From an uncultured virus (IMG/VR IMGVR_UViG_3300025372_000013) (taxonomy: Duplodnaviria > Heunggongvirae > Uroviricota > Caudoviricetes): DNA of 64,000 nucleotides. Made by a program: the position numbers and the translations under genes. Below, piece by piece: positions 7,423 through 15,013 of this stretch (its first letter is position 1; every line of letters begins with the position of its first letter). The stretch lies in the IMG/VR virus record IMGVR_UViG_3300025372_000013, one strand, 5' to 3'. A model generated the notes under the pieces. The model saw nothing but the letters and a program-made list of their open reading frames with translations, searched no databases and had not been told where the DNA came from.

Positions 7423-7864
7423 CAGTACAGAGCCTATCAACTCAATGATAACTAGCTCTATCACAAACAGCATGGCAGATCATGCATCGGCAATCAACAG
7501 CATGATGTTACCTAGTACCTTCTTAAACTTTAGCGAAAGCAATAGTAACTACAAGGAGGCGATGATACACCGTTTGATTGACTCTCCTTTGTATCCATTG
7601 CAGCTAATGATTACCGGTGTTAGGTCATCTAAGGATGACTCAGCAAGACTGCGTACCTTTAGTGATTACGCAGCCGCTCTTGCCTATGTTGCCGGCAATA
7701 CAGACATGGCAAGAGAGATTGTACTTCGCAATAATCCTAAGTTAAGCAGCCCTTTTCTTAAGAACATTGCAGAGTCACTATCAATTGGTATCAGTCCTGA
7801 TACCTTTAAAGAGTTACTACGTGAGAGCACAGCAAAAGCAGCCGCTTTTCTGGCTAATGCGTAG
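7403..7864 (+). CDS. Hypothetical protein, possibly DUF4192-like C-terminal helical domain
   Basis: AALAYVAGN...A......NP......L...I.....GISP resembles 12884-13339. Confidence 0.45.
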   Translation: MSPIAYDSTEPINSMITSSITNSMADHASAINSMMLPSTFLNFSESNSNYKEAMIHRLIDSPLYPLQLMITGVRSSKDDSARLRTFSDYAAALAYVAGNTDMAREIVLRNNPKLSSPFLKNIAESLSIGISPDTFKELLRESTAKAAAFLANA

Positions 7865-7906
7865 CCAACACAAACAAACCAACCGCCTGAGAAAGGGAAA
7901 CATTCA

Positions 7907-8200
7907 ATGGCAATAGATGATCCGGTTGAACCTTGGTCAGATGCCCCAGCTCAAGACTATATTAGTTGCGATAGTTGCGGGTATAGCATCGGCAAAGCTA
8001 AACCTTTTACAAAAATCTACAATGTTAGATATCGTGGCTATCAGTACTTTCATGATAGCCACCTAGATTGTAGTGAGGCCTCAGCTAAGGTTAATAGCCG
8101 ACCTCGTATAGTTCTTAACCGCTTTAGAAAGGGACTCAACGAAGTCCTCTATGGAGACATAGAGAGCCAGTTAGTCTCAAATGATATAGCTGATATCTAA
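7907..8200 (+). CDS. Putative zinc-binding hypothetical protein
   Basis: CDSC...FH...DC. Confidence 0.6.
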   Translation: MAIDDPVEPWSDAPAQDYISCDSCGYSIGKAKPFTKIYNVRYRGYQYFHDSHLDCSEASAKVNSRPRIVLNRFRKGLNEVLYGDIESQLVSNDIADI

Positions 8201-8208
8201 TCAGCTAA

Positions 8209-8355
8209 GTTGTTGGTTGGCTAAGCTCACCGCAAAATAGACTGTTAATCCCCGCAACGATCGAGATGAGAATTGCGCACGTTGGTAATTCAATAGGCTG
8301 CTGAGCGGCATGTTATTAGTCACTGTTGCGCATTGGGGGTAAGCCAACCAACAAC
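8209..8355 (+). ncRNA. Structured RNA element closed by a perfect 14-bp stem
   Basis: GTTGTTGGTTGGCT/AGCCAACCAACAAC enclosing CGCAAC/GTTGCG, GAATTGC/GTAATTC, GCTGC/GCGGC. Confidence 0.55.
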
Positions 8356-8373
8356 CCTATTAAAGGAGGTCAT

Positions 8374-8616
8374 ATGTGTCACGAATGTGACGATGAAGGT
8401 TACGATGAAATGAGTTCTATTCCACCTGAAGAGATGGAAGAGTTCATAGATTTTGCATGCCTTCAAGTATCTAAAGTAATAGATAAAGCAGAAGAAAAAG
8501 GATTCCTTTACCAACTCATCACTGAGTGGCCAAGGGAAAGGCAAGCAGCATTCGCTCTTGCTACGATACTAGAGGCCCGACTAAACTCGGCCTGGCAGGA
8601 AGAAGAAGGGGAATAA
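8374..8616 (+). CDS. Small acidic hypothetical protein
   Basis: AAAGGAGGT RBS before ATG 8374. Confidence 0.75.
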   Translation: MCHECDDEGYDEMSSIPPEEMEEFIDFACLQVSKVIDKAEEKGFLYQLITEWPRERQAAFALATILEARLNSAWQEEEGE

Positions 8617-10005
8617 ATGGACATCTCAATGTTCGTTGAATCGTACGAACCAACTATGGGTAACCACCGTCGTCAGATATTGGTGGTCCCTTACAAGGGC
8701 GGTATCAATCTCTACTCTCGTGTGACTGACGGTACTAAGGGTACTCACAATAAGTGGGTATCAACAGACCTAGACACACTAGCCAATGAGGTTAAAGATA
8801 ACGAGCAGACAACTCGTCGCCCTGTTGGCGTGTATGTAACTGCTGCTGATGTGCGTGCTATTGATAGCAAGGGCTATTCTCCAGTCCTTACTACAAAAGC
8901 AGTAGGTGCACACAACAAGTCCATTGCAGAAGCTAAACCTGATGTGATGGATATCGTAACAAGCTTCTACTCTCAAATCGAAGTAGGAGATGATCAACTG
9001 GAGGAATACGTGATAGATAATCGAGCAACAACTAGTCCGCTAGTAGTTCCCGTGCCAACACAAACACTTGATGCCCCGGCCCAACAAGCCGCTCCGTCAT
9101 TCAATGTGTCGCTTGCCACAGTTCCACCAATTCACTTAGCTCAACGCTATGTGCATCGCAAGGTCTACAATGTCGAAGACTTTGCTATCTTTGATACCGC
9201 TCGTGCTGACGGTATCAACGTTCTTATCTACGGCCCAACCGGTCCTGGTAAGACAACTGCTGTAGAAGCGTGGGCCGCAGAGCGTGGCTTGCGTATGGCT
9301 ACAGTGTCCGGCAATGCATCCATGGAGTCACGTCAGTTGTTTGGCGGCTTCATTCCTGACGGCAACGGTAGTTATGGTTGGATTGATGGTCCAGTAACTG
9401 ACGTTGTTCGCAACGGTGGCGTCTTGCTTCTCGATGAGATGAACTTCATCAGTCCCAAGATCTACACCACCCTTTACCCACTAACCGATGGTCGTCGTAC
9501 CATCACCTTGCTTGACCACATGGGCGAGACAATCACAGCGCATCCTGATCTTACGATCTTTGCGACAATGAATCCAGACTATGTAGGTACAACGCCTCTC
9601 AACTACGCAATGCGTAACCGCTTCGACATTCAGTTGATGTGGGATTACGATGATGCCGTAGAAGAGAAGCTTGTCAACAGCAAGGCTCTTCGTACGCTTG
9701 TCAAGTCTCTGCGTACAGAAGCTGCCAAGGGTCAGTACGACACCCCTATCTCTACCAACATGCTGATCGAGTTCAGCGACTTTGTAACCAAGCTTGGTTA
9801 CGACTTCGCAGTCGAGAACTTCATCGCTCACTTTGGCTCTGACGAGCAAGCATCTGTGCGTCTGGTATTCCAGACTCATCAGTACAACATCCAATCTGAT
9901 TTCGGTATTGCACCGAATATAAAGAACGATGAGTCAGAGTCAACACAAACACAGGCCGAACGCTTAAGCGCCTGGGTTGCAACAGCTAATTCAATGTCAG
10001 TCTAA
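8617..10005 (+). CDS. MoxR/CobS-like AAA+ ATPase
   Basis: Walker A GPTGPGKT, Walker B LLLDE, ATMNP, AMRNRF arginine finger. Confidence 0.93.
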   Translation: MDISMFVESYEPTMGNHRRQILVVPYKGGINLYSRVTDGTKGTHNKWVSTDLDTLANEVKDNEQTTRRPVGVYVTAADVRAIDSKGYSPVLTTKAVGAHNKSIAEAKPDVMDIVTSFYSQIEVGDDQLEEYVIDNRATTSPLVVPVPTQTLDAPAQQAAPSFNVSLATVPPIHLAQRYVHRKVYNVEDFAIFDTARADGINVLIYGPTGPGKTTAVEAWAAERGLRMATVSGNASMESRQLFGGFIPDGNGSYGWIDGPVTDVVRNGGVLLLDEMNFISPKIYTTLYPLTDGRRTITLLDHMGETITAHPDLTIFATMNPDYVGTTPLNYAMRNRFDIQLMWDYDDAVEEKLVNSKALRTLVKSLRTEAAKGQYDTPISTNMLIEFSDFVTKLGYDFAVENFIAHFGSDEQASVRLVFQTHQYNIQSDFGIAPNIKNDESESTQTQAERLSAWVATANSMSV

Positions 10006-10016
10006 GGAGGTGGTAA

Positions 10017-11855
10017 ATGTTTAACGACAACATCAACGAGCGTTATCAAGATGTGCGTGACGAGGACACTCAGTTACGTTCTATCCGACTTAACGCTCTA
10101 TGTCGTGTTTACGAGCAAGCTGACAGAGTCATCACCGGTGATCCAGTTATGGTTCACGTAGTGGCTGATGGTCCTGCACCAGCATGGTCAGACGGACAAG
10201 CAATTTACATCAACGCCAGTGAGATCGAAGATATTGATCTCGAAGCGTTATCTCAAGTCAATGGCTTGAATTTCCACGAGCTAGCTCACCATCTGTATAC
10301 TCCCCGCAAGGGTACGGTATTCATGAAGGAAGTTATTGACCGTGGCCTCATGCAAGCAGCCAATATGCTAGAAGATCAACGTATCGAAACATTGCTTGTA
10401 GCACGTTATCCATCAGTAGCGCCGTTCTTAATTGCAACGTGTGCTCGCTATCTAGGTAGTACTCAAGACCAAGCCGAAGGTGTTTATATGCTTCTTCGGG
10501 GTCGTAGGTACTTACCTATTCAAATACGTGAGGCATTCAGGGACTTGTTCTACGAGCCTGCGCTCATCCCTGTCATTGCTGACATCGTAGATCAGTATCG
10601 GTTGCTTGTATTTCCCCGTGATTACGACAAAGCAATCGAGCTTATCCAACGTTGGAACGATGAGGTACTCAATCAGCTGCCTAACCCACAAGATCTTCCC
10701 AAGGGTATGACCGGCTGTACTGATCGTGACGCTGTAAGCAAAGGTCGTCCTGAGCCTGGCAAAGCACAGGAGAAAGATGCACAACGTGCAGCAGGTATGG
10801 GTAAAGCGGAGTCAACAACTCCCAACACAAACAAACCCAGCCAGCCAAAACCAGCGCCAACTAACCAACAAGAAGCACTCGATATGGCCAATGCCAAACC
10901 AACAGACGGTGAGATCAAAGCACCACCATCTATGGCGCCAGGCACCGGTCATCACGAGAGTTTCGGTGGCTTACCTGATAGTGTCCATAATATGCTTGAT
11001 GAAGTTATTGACTCTATCATGTCTAGTAAGGATGTACTACAAGATCTCAAGACCAAGCAAAAAGTAATCGTTGGTGGTGACGGTAAACATACCGATACTA
11101 TCAAGCGTGGTCGTTACGACACAGCGGCTGTCCCATCAGACGCAATGGTTACTTATCGCAAGTTTGCACGTGAGCTAGAACGCTTGCGTGACGAGTGCGA
11201 GCCAGCATGGCACAAGGAAGAAGCTAGTGGCAAGCTCAATGTTCAACGTGTTATTCGTGGCTGCGAGATTGACCAAGCCTTCGATCGTTGGGATGAGGGT
11301 ACAGACGGTACGGATGTAGAAGCTGTCATTCTTGTTGACCGTTCTGGCTCTATGACTGGCGGCAATGACCGTGATGCATCTATTGCATCCTGGACTATCA
11401 AGCGTGCACTAGAAGGCATCGGCGCTCCGGTGACCGTGTACTCGTTTGACGATGAAGCTGAGTTGGCATACAATCGCACAGAGCTTGCCAACAAAACTCA
11501 TTACAAGTTCATCTATGGCAGTGGTGGCACCGAACCTTACAACGCCCTGCTTGCTGCAGAACAAGTTCTTCTATCATCTCGTAAGAAGAACAAAATGCTG
11601 TTCATCGTTACCGACGGTGCCTTCGGCACTAAAAGTGACGAGATCATTGACCGCATGAGTAAGCGTGGCATTCTTACCGCCATGTCTTTAATCATGGGCG
11701 ACAACGACATGCAGTGGTACAAAGACCGCTACAACTACACTGACGACACATTCAGACATGGTGTAGAAGTCTTTGCCCGCATCACCTCAGCTCGTGATCT
11801 CTTGCCATTTGCAAGATCTGTAGTTACCGGAGCAATCAGAAAGAGAGGAAGATAA
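10017..11855 (+). CDS. CobT-like vWA protein with N-terminal HExxH zincin-like domain
   Basis: FHELAH, NMLEDQRIE, MIDAS DRSGS...T...TDG; adjacent to MoxR ATPase. Confidence 0.88.
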   Translation: MFNDNINERYQDVRDEDTQLRSIRLNALCRVYEQADRVITGDPVMVHVVADGPAPAWSDGQAIYINASEIEDIDLEALSQVNGLNFHELAHHLYTPRKGTVFMKEVIDRGLMQAANMLEDQRIETLLVARYPSVAPFLIATCARYLGSTQDQAEGVYMLLRGRRYLPIQIREAFRDLFYEPALIPVIADIVDQYRLLVFPRDYDKAIELIQRWNDEVLNQLPNPQDLPKGMTGCTDRDAVSKGRPEPGKAQEKDAQRAAGMGKAESTTPNTNKPSQPKPAPTNQQEALDMANAKPTDGEIKAPPSMAPGTGHHESFGGLPDSVHNMLDEVIDSIMSSKDVLQDLKTKQKVIVGGDGKHTDTIKRGRYDTAAVPSDAMVTYRKFARELERLRDECEPAWHKEEASGKLNVQRVIRGCEIDQAFDRWDEGTDGTDVEAVILVDRSGSMTGGNDRDASIASWTIKRALEGIGAPVTVYSFDDEAELAYNRTELANKTHYKFIYGSGGTEPYNALLAAEQVLLSSRKKNKMLFIVTDGAFGTKSDEIIDRMSKRGILTAMSLIMGDNDMQWYKDRYNYTDDTFRHGVEVFARITSARDLLPFARSVVTGAIRKRGR

Positions 11856-12046
11856 TGTACACAATCTACGACAGCCTAACAGAGACACTAATAGAGGTGT
11901 TCAACGACTATGAATCAGCACAGATGTTCCTGCTTCATATCTCAGATGAACTAAATGATGGTGGTGCCAATCTTAGTATTGAAGCCATCACTCCTGCACA
12001 CGAGTGGGCTCAAGACAACGGCATAACGTTGGCAGCACTAGCATGA
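11855..12046 (+). CDS. Small acidic hypothetical protein
   Basis: TAATG-coupled ORF. Confidence 0.65.
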   Translation: MYTIYDSLTETLIEVFNDYESAQMFLLHISDELNDGGANLSIEAITPAHEWAQDNGITLAALA

Positions 12047-12195
12047 CAAGCCGGCAAGAAGATCCAGCAACATGGTTTAGTGAGATGTTGAGACAAAGAG
12101 AAATTGATCAGCTCAACACAAACAAAGCCATAGTACACAAGATGCTAATCAAACATGGGGCTGAAGATCTCATCCCCATGCTATTGGAGGACTAA
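12043..12195 (+). CDS. Small hypothetical protein
   Basis: ATGA-coupled; MTSRQEDPATWF... Confidence 0.6.
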   Translation: MTSRQEDPATWFSEMLRQREIDQLNTNKAIVHKMLIKHGAEDLIPMLLED

Positions 12196-12314
12196 TGATC
12201 AAATGCAACTTATGTAAGAACGTGCTAGGTCAAGACGACTCGTACGTAGTTCATAGTCAAACAGTAACGTGTTGGGATTGTTACTTTGGAGATGACACGG
12301 GAGAACGATGGTAA
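12195..12314 (+). CDS. Small zinc-finger protein (39 aa)
   Basis: MIKCNLCK...TCWDCYF; GGAGG RBS. Confidence 0.65.
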   Translation: MIKCNLCKNVLGQDDSYVVHSQTVTCWDCYFGDDTGERW

Positions 12315-12814
12315 ACACATTCCTACCATACGCAGACTTCAAGCAAGTAGCGCAATCCTTAGACGATAGGAGACTCGGCAAGCAACGTGTAGAAGCGTTG
12401 CAAATTCTGAGGGCCAACCTGGGTCTAACTGTAGGGTGGCGCAACCATCCTGCCGCAGTAATGTGGCGAGGGCATGAAGGTCTACTAGCCAAATACACCA
12501 TCACAATATGTAACGAATGGGTAAAACGTGGCTACGTAGATAACACAAAGCAACAGGTAATCGAACTCATGAAACAGTATAACCTCAAACCAATCAAAAA
12601 GCCTTGGTGGCTTGGGGCAAACACATTGCATGAGAGTCATCAGTCAAACTTAAAGCGTAAGCTTCCTGAGCATTACGACTTTGATGTATCTGATGACATG
12701 CCATACCAATGGCCAACACCAGAGGGTACATTCCGTACGACTCAAAAGGATAAGAATGAACCTAAGAAAATCAAAAGAGCAACTAAGAAGATTGTTGGAG
12801 CTGAGGAGATCTAA
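12308..12814 (+). CDS. Pyrimidine-dimer DNA glycosylase-like (MSMEG_6728/DenV-related)
   Basis: TFLPY.DF...A..LD.RRLGKQRVEALQI, GWRNHPA..MWRG, H.SHQSNL. Confidence 0.88.
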   Translation: MVNTFLPYADFKQVAQSLDDRRLGKQRVEALQILRANLGLTVGWRNHPAAVMWRGHEGLLAKYTITICNEWVKRGYVDNTKQQVIELMKQYNLKPIKKPWWLGANTLHESHQSNLKRKLPEHYDFDVSDDMPYQWPTPEGTFRTTQKDKNEPKKIKRATKKIVGAEEI

Positions 12815-12887
12815 CGCAGCTTCAGCAGTACCAAACAAGAAAGCTTACAGCCGTAAGCGTAAACACCCAAAAAAGGAGATAGAGTGA
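12756..12887 (+). CDS. Small basic ArfA-like peptide (43 aa)
   Basis: AAAGGA RBS; RRSNAASAVPNKKAYSRKRKH. Confidence 0.5.
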   Translation: MNLRKSKEQLRRLLELRRSNAASAVPNKKAYSRKRKHPKKEIE

Positions 12888-13339
12888 TAACTACAACCCG
12901 TAAGGAAGCAGTTACTCTCATTGAAGAGAGCATCAATAACATCATTCCTCTTGAAGATGAGAGGCTTGAAAAGGTCATTTACGCAGTTAACAATGACCTT
13001 GCCGTCAGGGATTGGGTCTTGGGCATGCCTAACAGATTTACCTTAGAAGAATCCATTGACTTTGTTAGATATATGGCAGTACATACAACAGCACTGGACA
13101 GTGTGCCATTTATCACAATCAACGCCGTGTTTGAATATGAACGTGGCAACAGAGACAGAGCTATTCTTATGATTGACTATGTTAATGCGGTTAACGATAG
13201 GTACCCATTGGCACAGTTAATTACAAGAACTTTTGATGCAGGCTGGGCGCCAGAAATGTATGCTCAAATGCGTCAAGATTTAGATGACCGGGTAGTAAAA
13301 GACTGCAATGATGAACTAATCGGAGAGGAAGATAACTAA
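12884..13339 (+). CDS. DUF4192-like protein
   Basis: D..VRD motif and YE.G....A.........Y.LA.L.......G..P tail. Confidence 0.6.
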   Translation: MITTTRKEAVTLIEESINNIIPLEDERLEKVIYAVNNDLAVRDWVLGMPNRFTLEESIDFVRYMAVHTTALDSVPFITINAVFEYERGNRDRAILMIDYVNAVNDRYPLAQLITRTFDAGWAPEMYAQMRQDLDDRVVKDCNDELIGEEDN

Positions 13340-13479
13340 TGTCAAACAACATCATATGGCAAGCAGCAATAACAGCAGATATGGTAGAAGACTGGACAGA
13401 GGATGAGATCGAAATGCTCATAGCTGATCTAGATGACGCAGTTAAAGCAACCTATGAAGATTGGGAGCTACGTGACTAA
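13339..13479 (+). CDS. Small acidic protein (46 aa)
   Basis: MSNNIIWQAAITADMVEDWTEDEIEMLIADLDDAV...; TAATG coupling. Confidence 0.65.
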   Translation: MSNNIIWQAAITADMVEDWTEDEIEMLIADLDDAVKATYEDWELRD

Positions 13480-13663
13480 ATACAGAGTAACCATACATGA
13501 GCACATAATCAGTGACTTATGGGTAGATGCAGAGAACAAAGAAGAAGCCAAAGCCGTAGCTGAAGAGCACATATCGGAAGGCTTCAACGGATGGGTTGTA
13601 GATGACATGGCCGGTTGGATTGAGACCGGCAGCATCTATGACGAGTCCGGTGGGGAAGTTTGA
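13472..13663 (+). CDS. Small acidic hypothetical protein
   Basis: GTG start with GGGAG RBS; V.AENKEEA.. Confidence 0.65.
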   Translation: MTKYRVTIHEHIISDLWVDAENKEEAKAVAEEHISEGFNGWVVDDMAGWIETGSIYDESGGEV

Positions 13664-13688
13664 CCAAAACAAACAACTTCGCTATACT
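13660..13688 (+). promoter_or_regulatory. SigA-type promoter
   Basis: TTGACC-17 nt-TATACT; spacer carries a one-mismatch copy of the 12-mer repeat. Confidence 0.75.
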
Positions 13689-13708
13689 AGAAACAGAAGG
13701 GGGTACAA

Positions 13709-13915
13709 ATGAGCAACGAAAGCGATCTCTACGATCTAAAGCTTACTTTCAGAGTAAAGCTTAAGAAGTGGCGCATAGATGATCAGCACGACCCTGACAA
13801 TCAAGAGTGGTGCCTGTGGGTATATGACAGGAACCTACAACAATGGGTACAAACCACTCGTGATTTGGACAGGCCGGGCGAAGAAACAACTATTGAGGCC
13901 ATCCACATATACTGA
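13709..13915 (+). CDS. Hypothetical protein
   Basis: AAGGGGG RBS downstream of promoter. Confidence 0.65.
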   Translation: MSNESDLYDLKLTFRVKLKKWRIDDQHDPDNQEWCLWVYDRNLQQWVQTTRDLDRPGEETTIEAIHIY

Positions 13916-13944
13916 TGGCCTCTGAGACAGGGGGAGAATATGTA

Positions 13945-14181
13945 ATGCAGTTCGCACAATTCACAATCAAAACCAAAGAGATAAAGAAGCTGGTAAACGC
14001 TTTAGAGACTGCAGGCTTAGAGGTCAGCATGACCAATGGCAAGCATCACATAAAAGTTGTTAACCCAGAAACCAGAAAGGTAGTCTTCTTTGGGCAACAA
14101 TCTTTGGGAGACCGAAGAGCCGGCAAAAATATCCTACGGGATCTAAAGAAAGTCGGATTCCACGAACAAATCAACCTATAA
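13945..14181 (+). CDS. HicA-like (dsRBD-fold) mRNA interferase
   Basis: E..KLV..L...G..V......H.KV..P.....V......D.R..KN...DL...G pattern. Confidence 0.65.
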   Translation: MQFAQFTIKTKEIKKLVNALETAGLEVSMTNGKHHIKVVNPETRKVVFFGQQSLGDRRAGKNILRDLKKVGFHEQINL

Positions 14182-14191
14182 GGAGGGCCAA

Positions 14192-14458
14192 ATGGCCAAG
14201 GTAACAAAGACGCTAGAAGTAACACTTACAAAGAACACCTCTGTAGAGAAGGGTGGTGCATGGCTGATGGTAATTACGGATAGCTTTGGTACAAACCACT
14301 CAGCTTGGGCTAACCCATCTGCAGCTAAGCGATATCTAAAAACCTATGTACTGGCAACCACACCACGCAAGTCAATCAAGATGGTGGTGGCCGCTACAAA
14401 CGGTGAGGAAAAGCCAACCCATTTCAAGGGTGAGTTAACATGGAAGGCAGATGCATGA
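14192..14458 (+). CDS. Hypothetical protein
   Basis: AAGGAGG RBS. Confidence 0.75.
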   Translation: MAKVTKTLEVTLTKNTSVEKGGAWLMVITDSFGTNHSAWANPSAAKRYLKTYVLATTPRKSIKMVVAATNGEEKPTHFKGELTWKADA

Positions 14459-14592
14459 TGATGGATATGGAAACCGTACTACCCCGTACTTGCAACATGT
14501 GTCATGGTACGGGGGTTGTCTATTGGGAATCCAATGACGACTTTGATGTAGAAGAATGTGAATGCCAATACAAAGGAGAAAACAATGCCTAA
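14455..14592 (+). CDS. Small DnaJ-type zinc-finger peptide
   Basis: CNMCHGTG...ECEC. Confidence 0.6.
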   Translation: MMMDMETVLPRTCNMCHGTGVVYWESNDDFDVEECECQYKGENNA

Positions 14593-14794
14593 GTTCCGTG
14601 TACAGTTCGATGCAACCCGTCAAGGTACCCTTATCTTTGATGCAGAAGATAGGGAGCACGCATTAGAAATATATAACGGCCTAGTCGAGGGTACAACTTA
14701 CCCCGATGAGATTGACAGCTATGAAGATACAGAAGTATCAGACAGCACATACTATGAGTTAACCGATAATTCCGGCAAACACATAGCTGACTAA
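14585..14794 (+). CDS. Small acidic hypothetical protein
   Basis: AAAGGAG RBS before ATG 14585. Confidence 0.7.
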   Translation: MPKFRVQFDATRQGTLIFDAEDREHALEIYNGLVEGTTYPDEIDSYEDTEVSDSTYYELTDNSGKHIAD

Positions 14795-14807
14795 TATGTT
14801 GGCAAGC

Positions 14808-14845
14808 AAAAGCCCCCGGCTCTTAATTGAGTCGGGGGCAATTGT
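14808..14845. terminator. Bidirectional terminator at convergence of the two gene blocks
   Basis: AAAA-GCCCCCGGCTC-TTAATT-GAGTCGGGGGC-AATTGT. Confidence 0.8.
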
Positions 14846-14870
14846 TTGTGTTGGGCGGCTAGCTATGCCT

Positions 14871-15005
14871 TTATTCGATATCGTCGGCTAACTCGTCTTC
14901 CAAATCTTCGAGGTCATCCTCATCAAAATCGAAATCATCAAATCCATCTTCGAAATCATCTTCGAAGTCTTCGTCATATAGGTCCGGGTTAATCTCGTCT
15001 GACAT
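14871..15005 (-). CDS. Extremely acidic peptide (44 aa)
   Basis: AAGGAG RBS; MSDEINPDLYDEDFEDDFEDGFDDFDFDEDDLEDLEDELADDIE. Confidence 0.7.
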   Translation of the reverse strand: MSDEINPDLYDEDFEDDFEDGFDDFDFDEDDLEDLEDELADDIE

Positions 15006-15013
15006 GTTTCTCC

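Larger units (their letters stand above)
3624..14854 (+). repeat. Dispersed polarised 12-mer YCAACAYAAACA (10 direct copies plus 1 inverted)
   Basis: Direct copies start at 3624, 4194, 4895, 5867, 6566, 7865, 9055, 9940, 10822, 12113; one-mismatch copy at 13664; inverted copy at 14843. Confidence 0.85.

Noticed and set aside
12541..12552. TAACACAAAGCA as another copy of the 12-mer
   Set aside because: Multiple mismatches; not counted.
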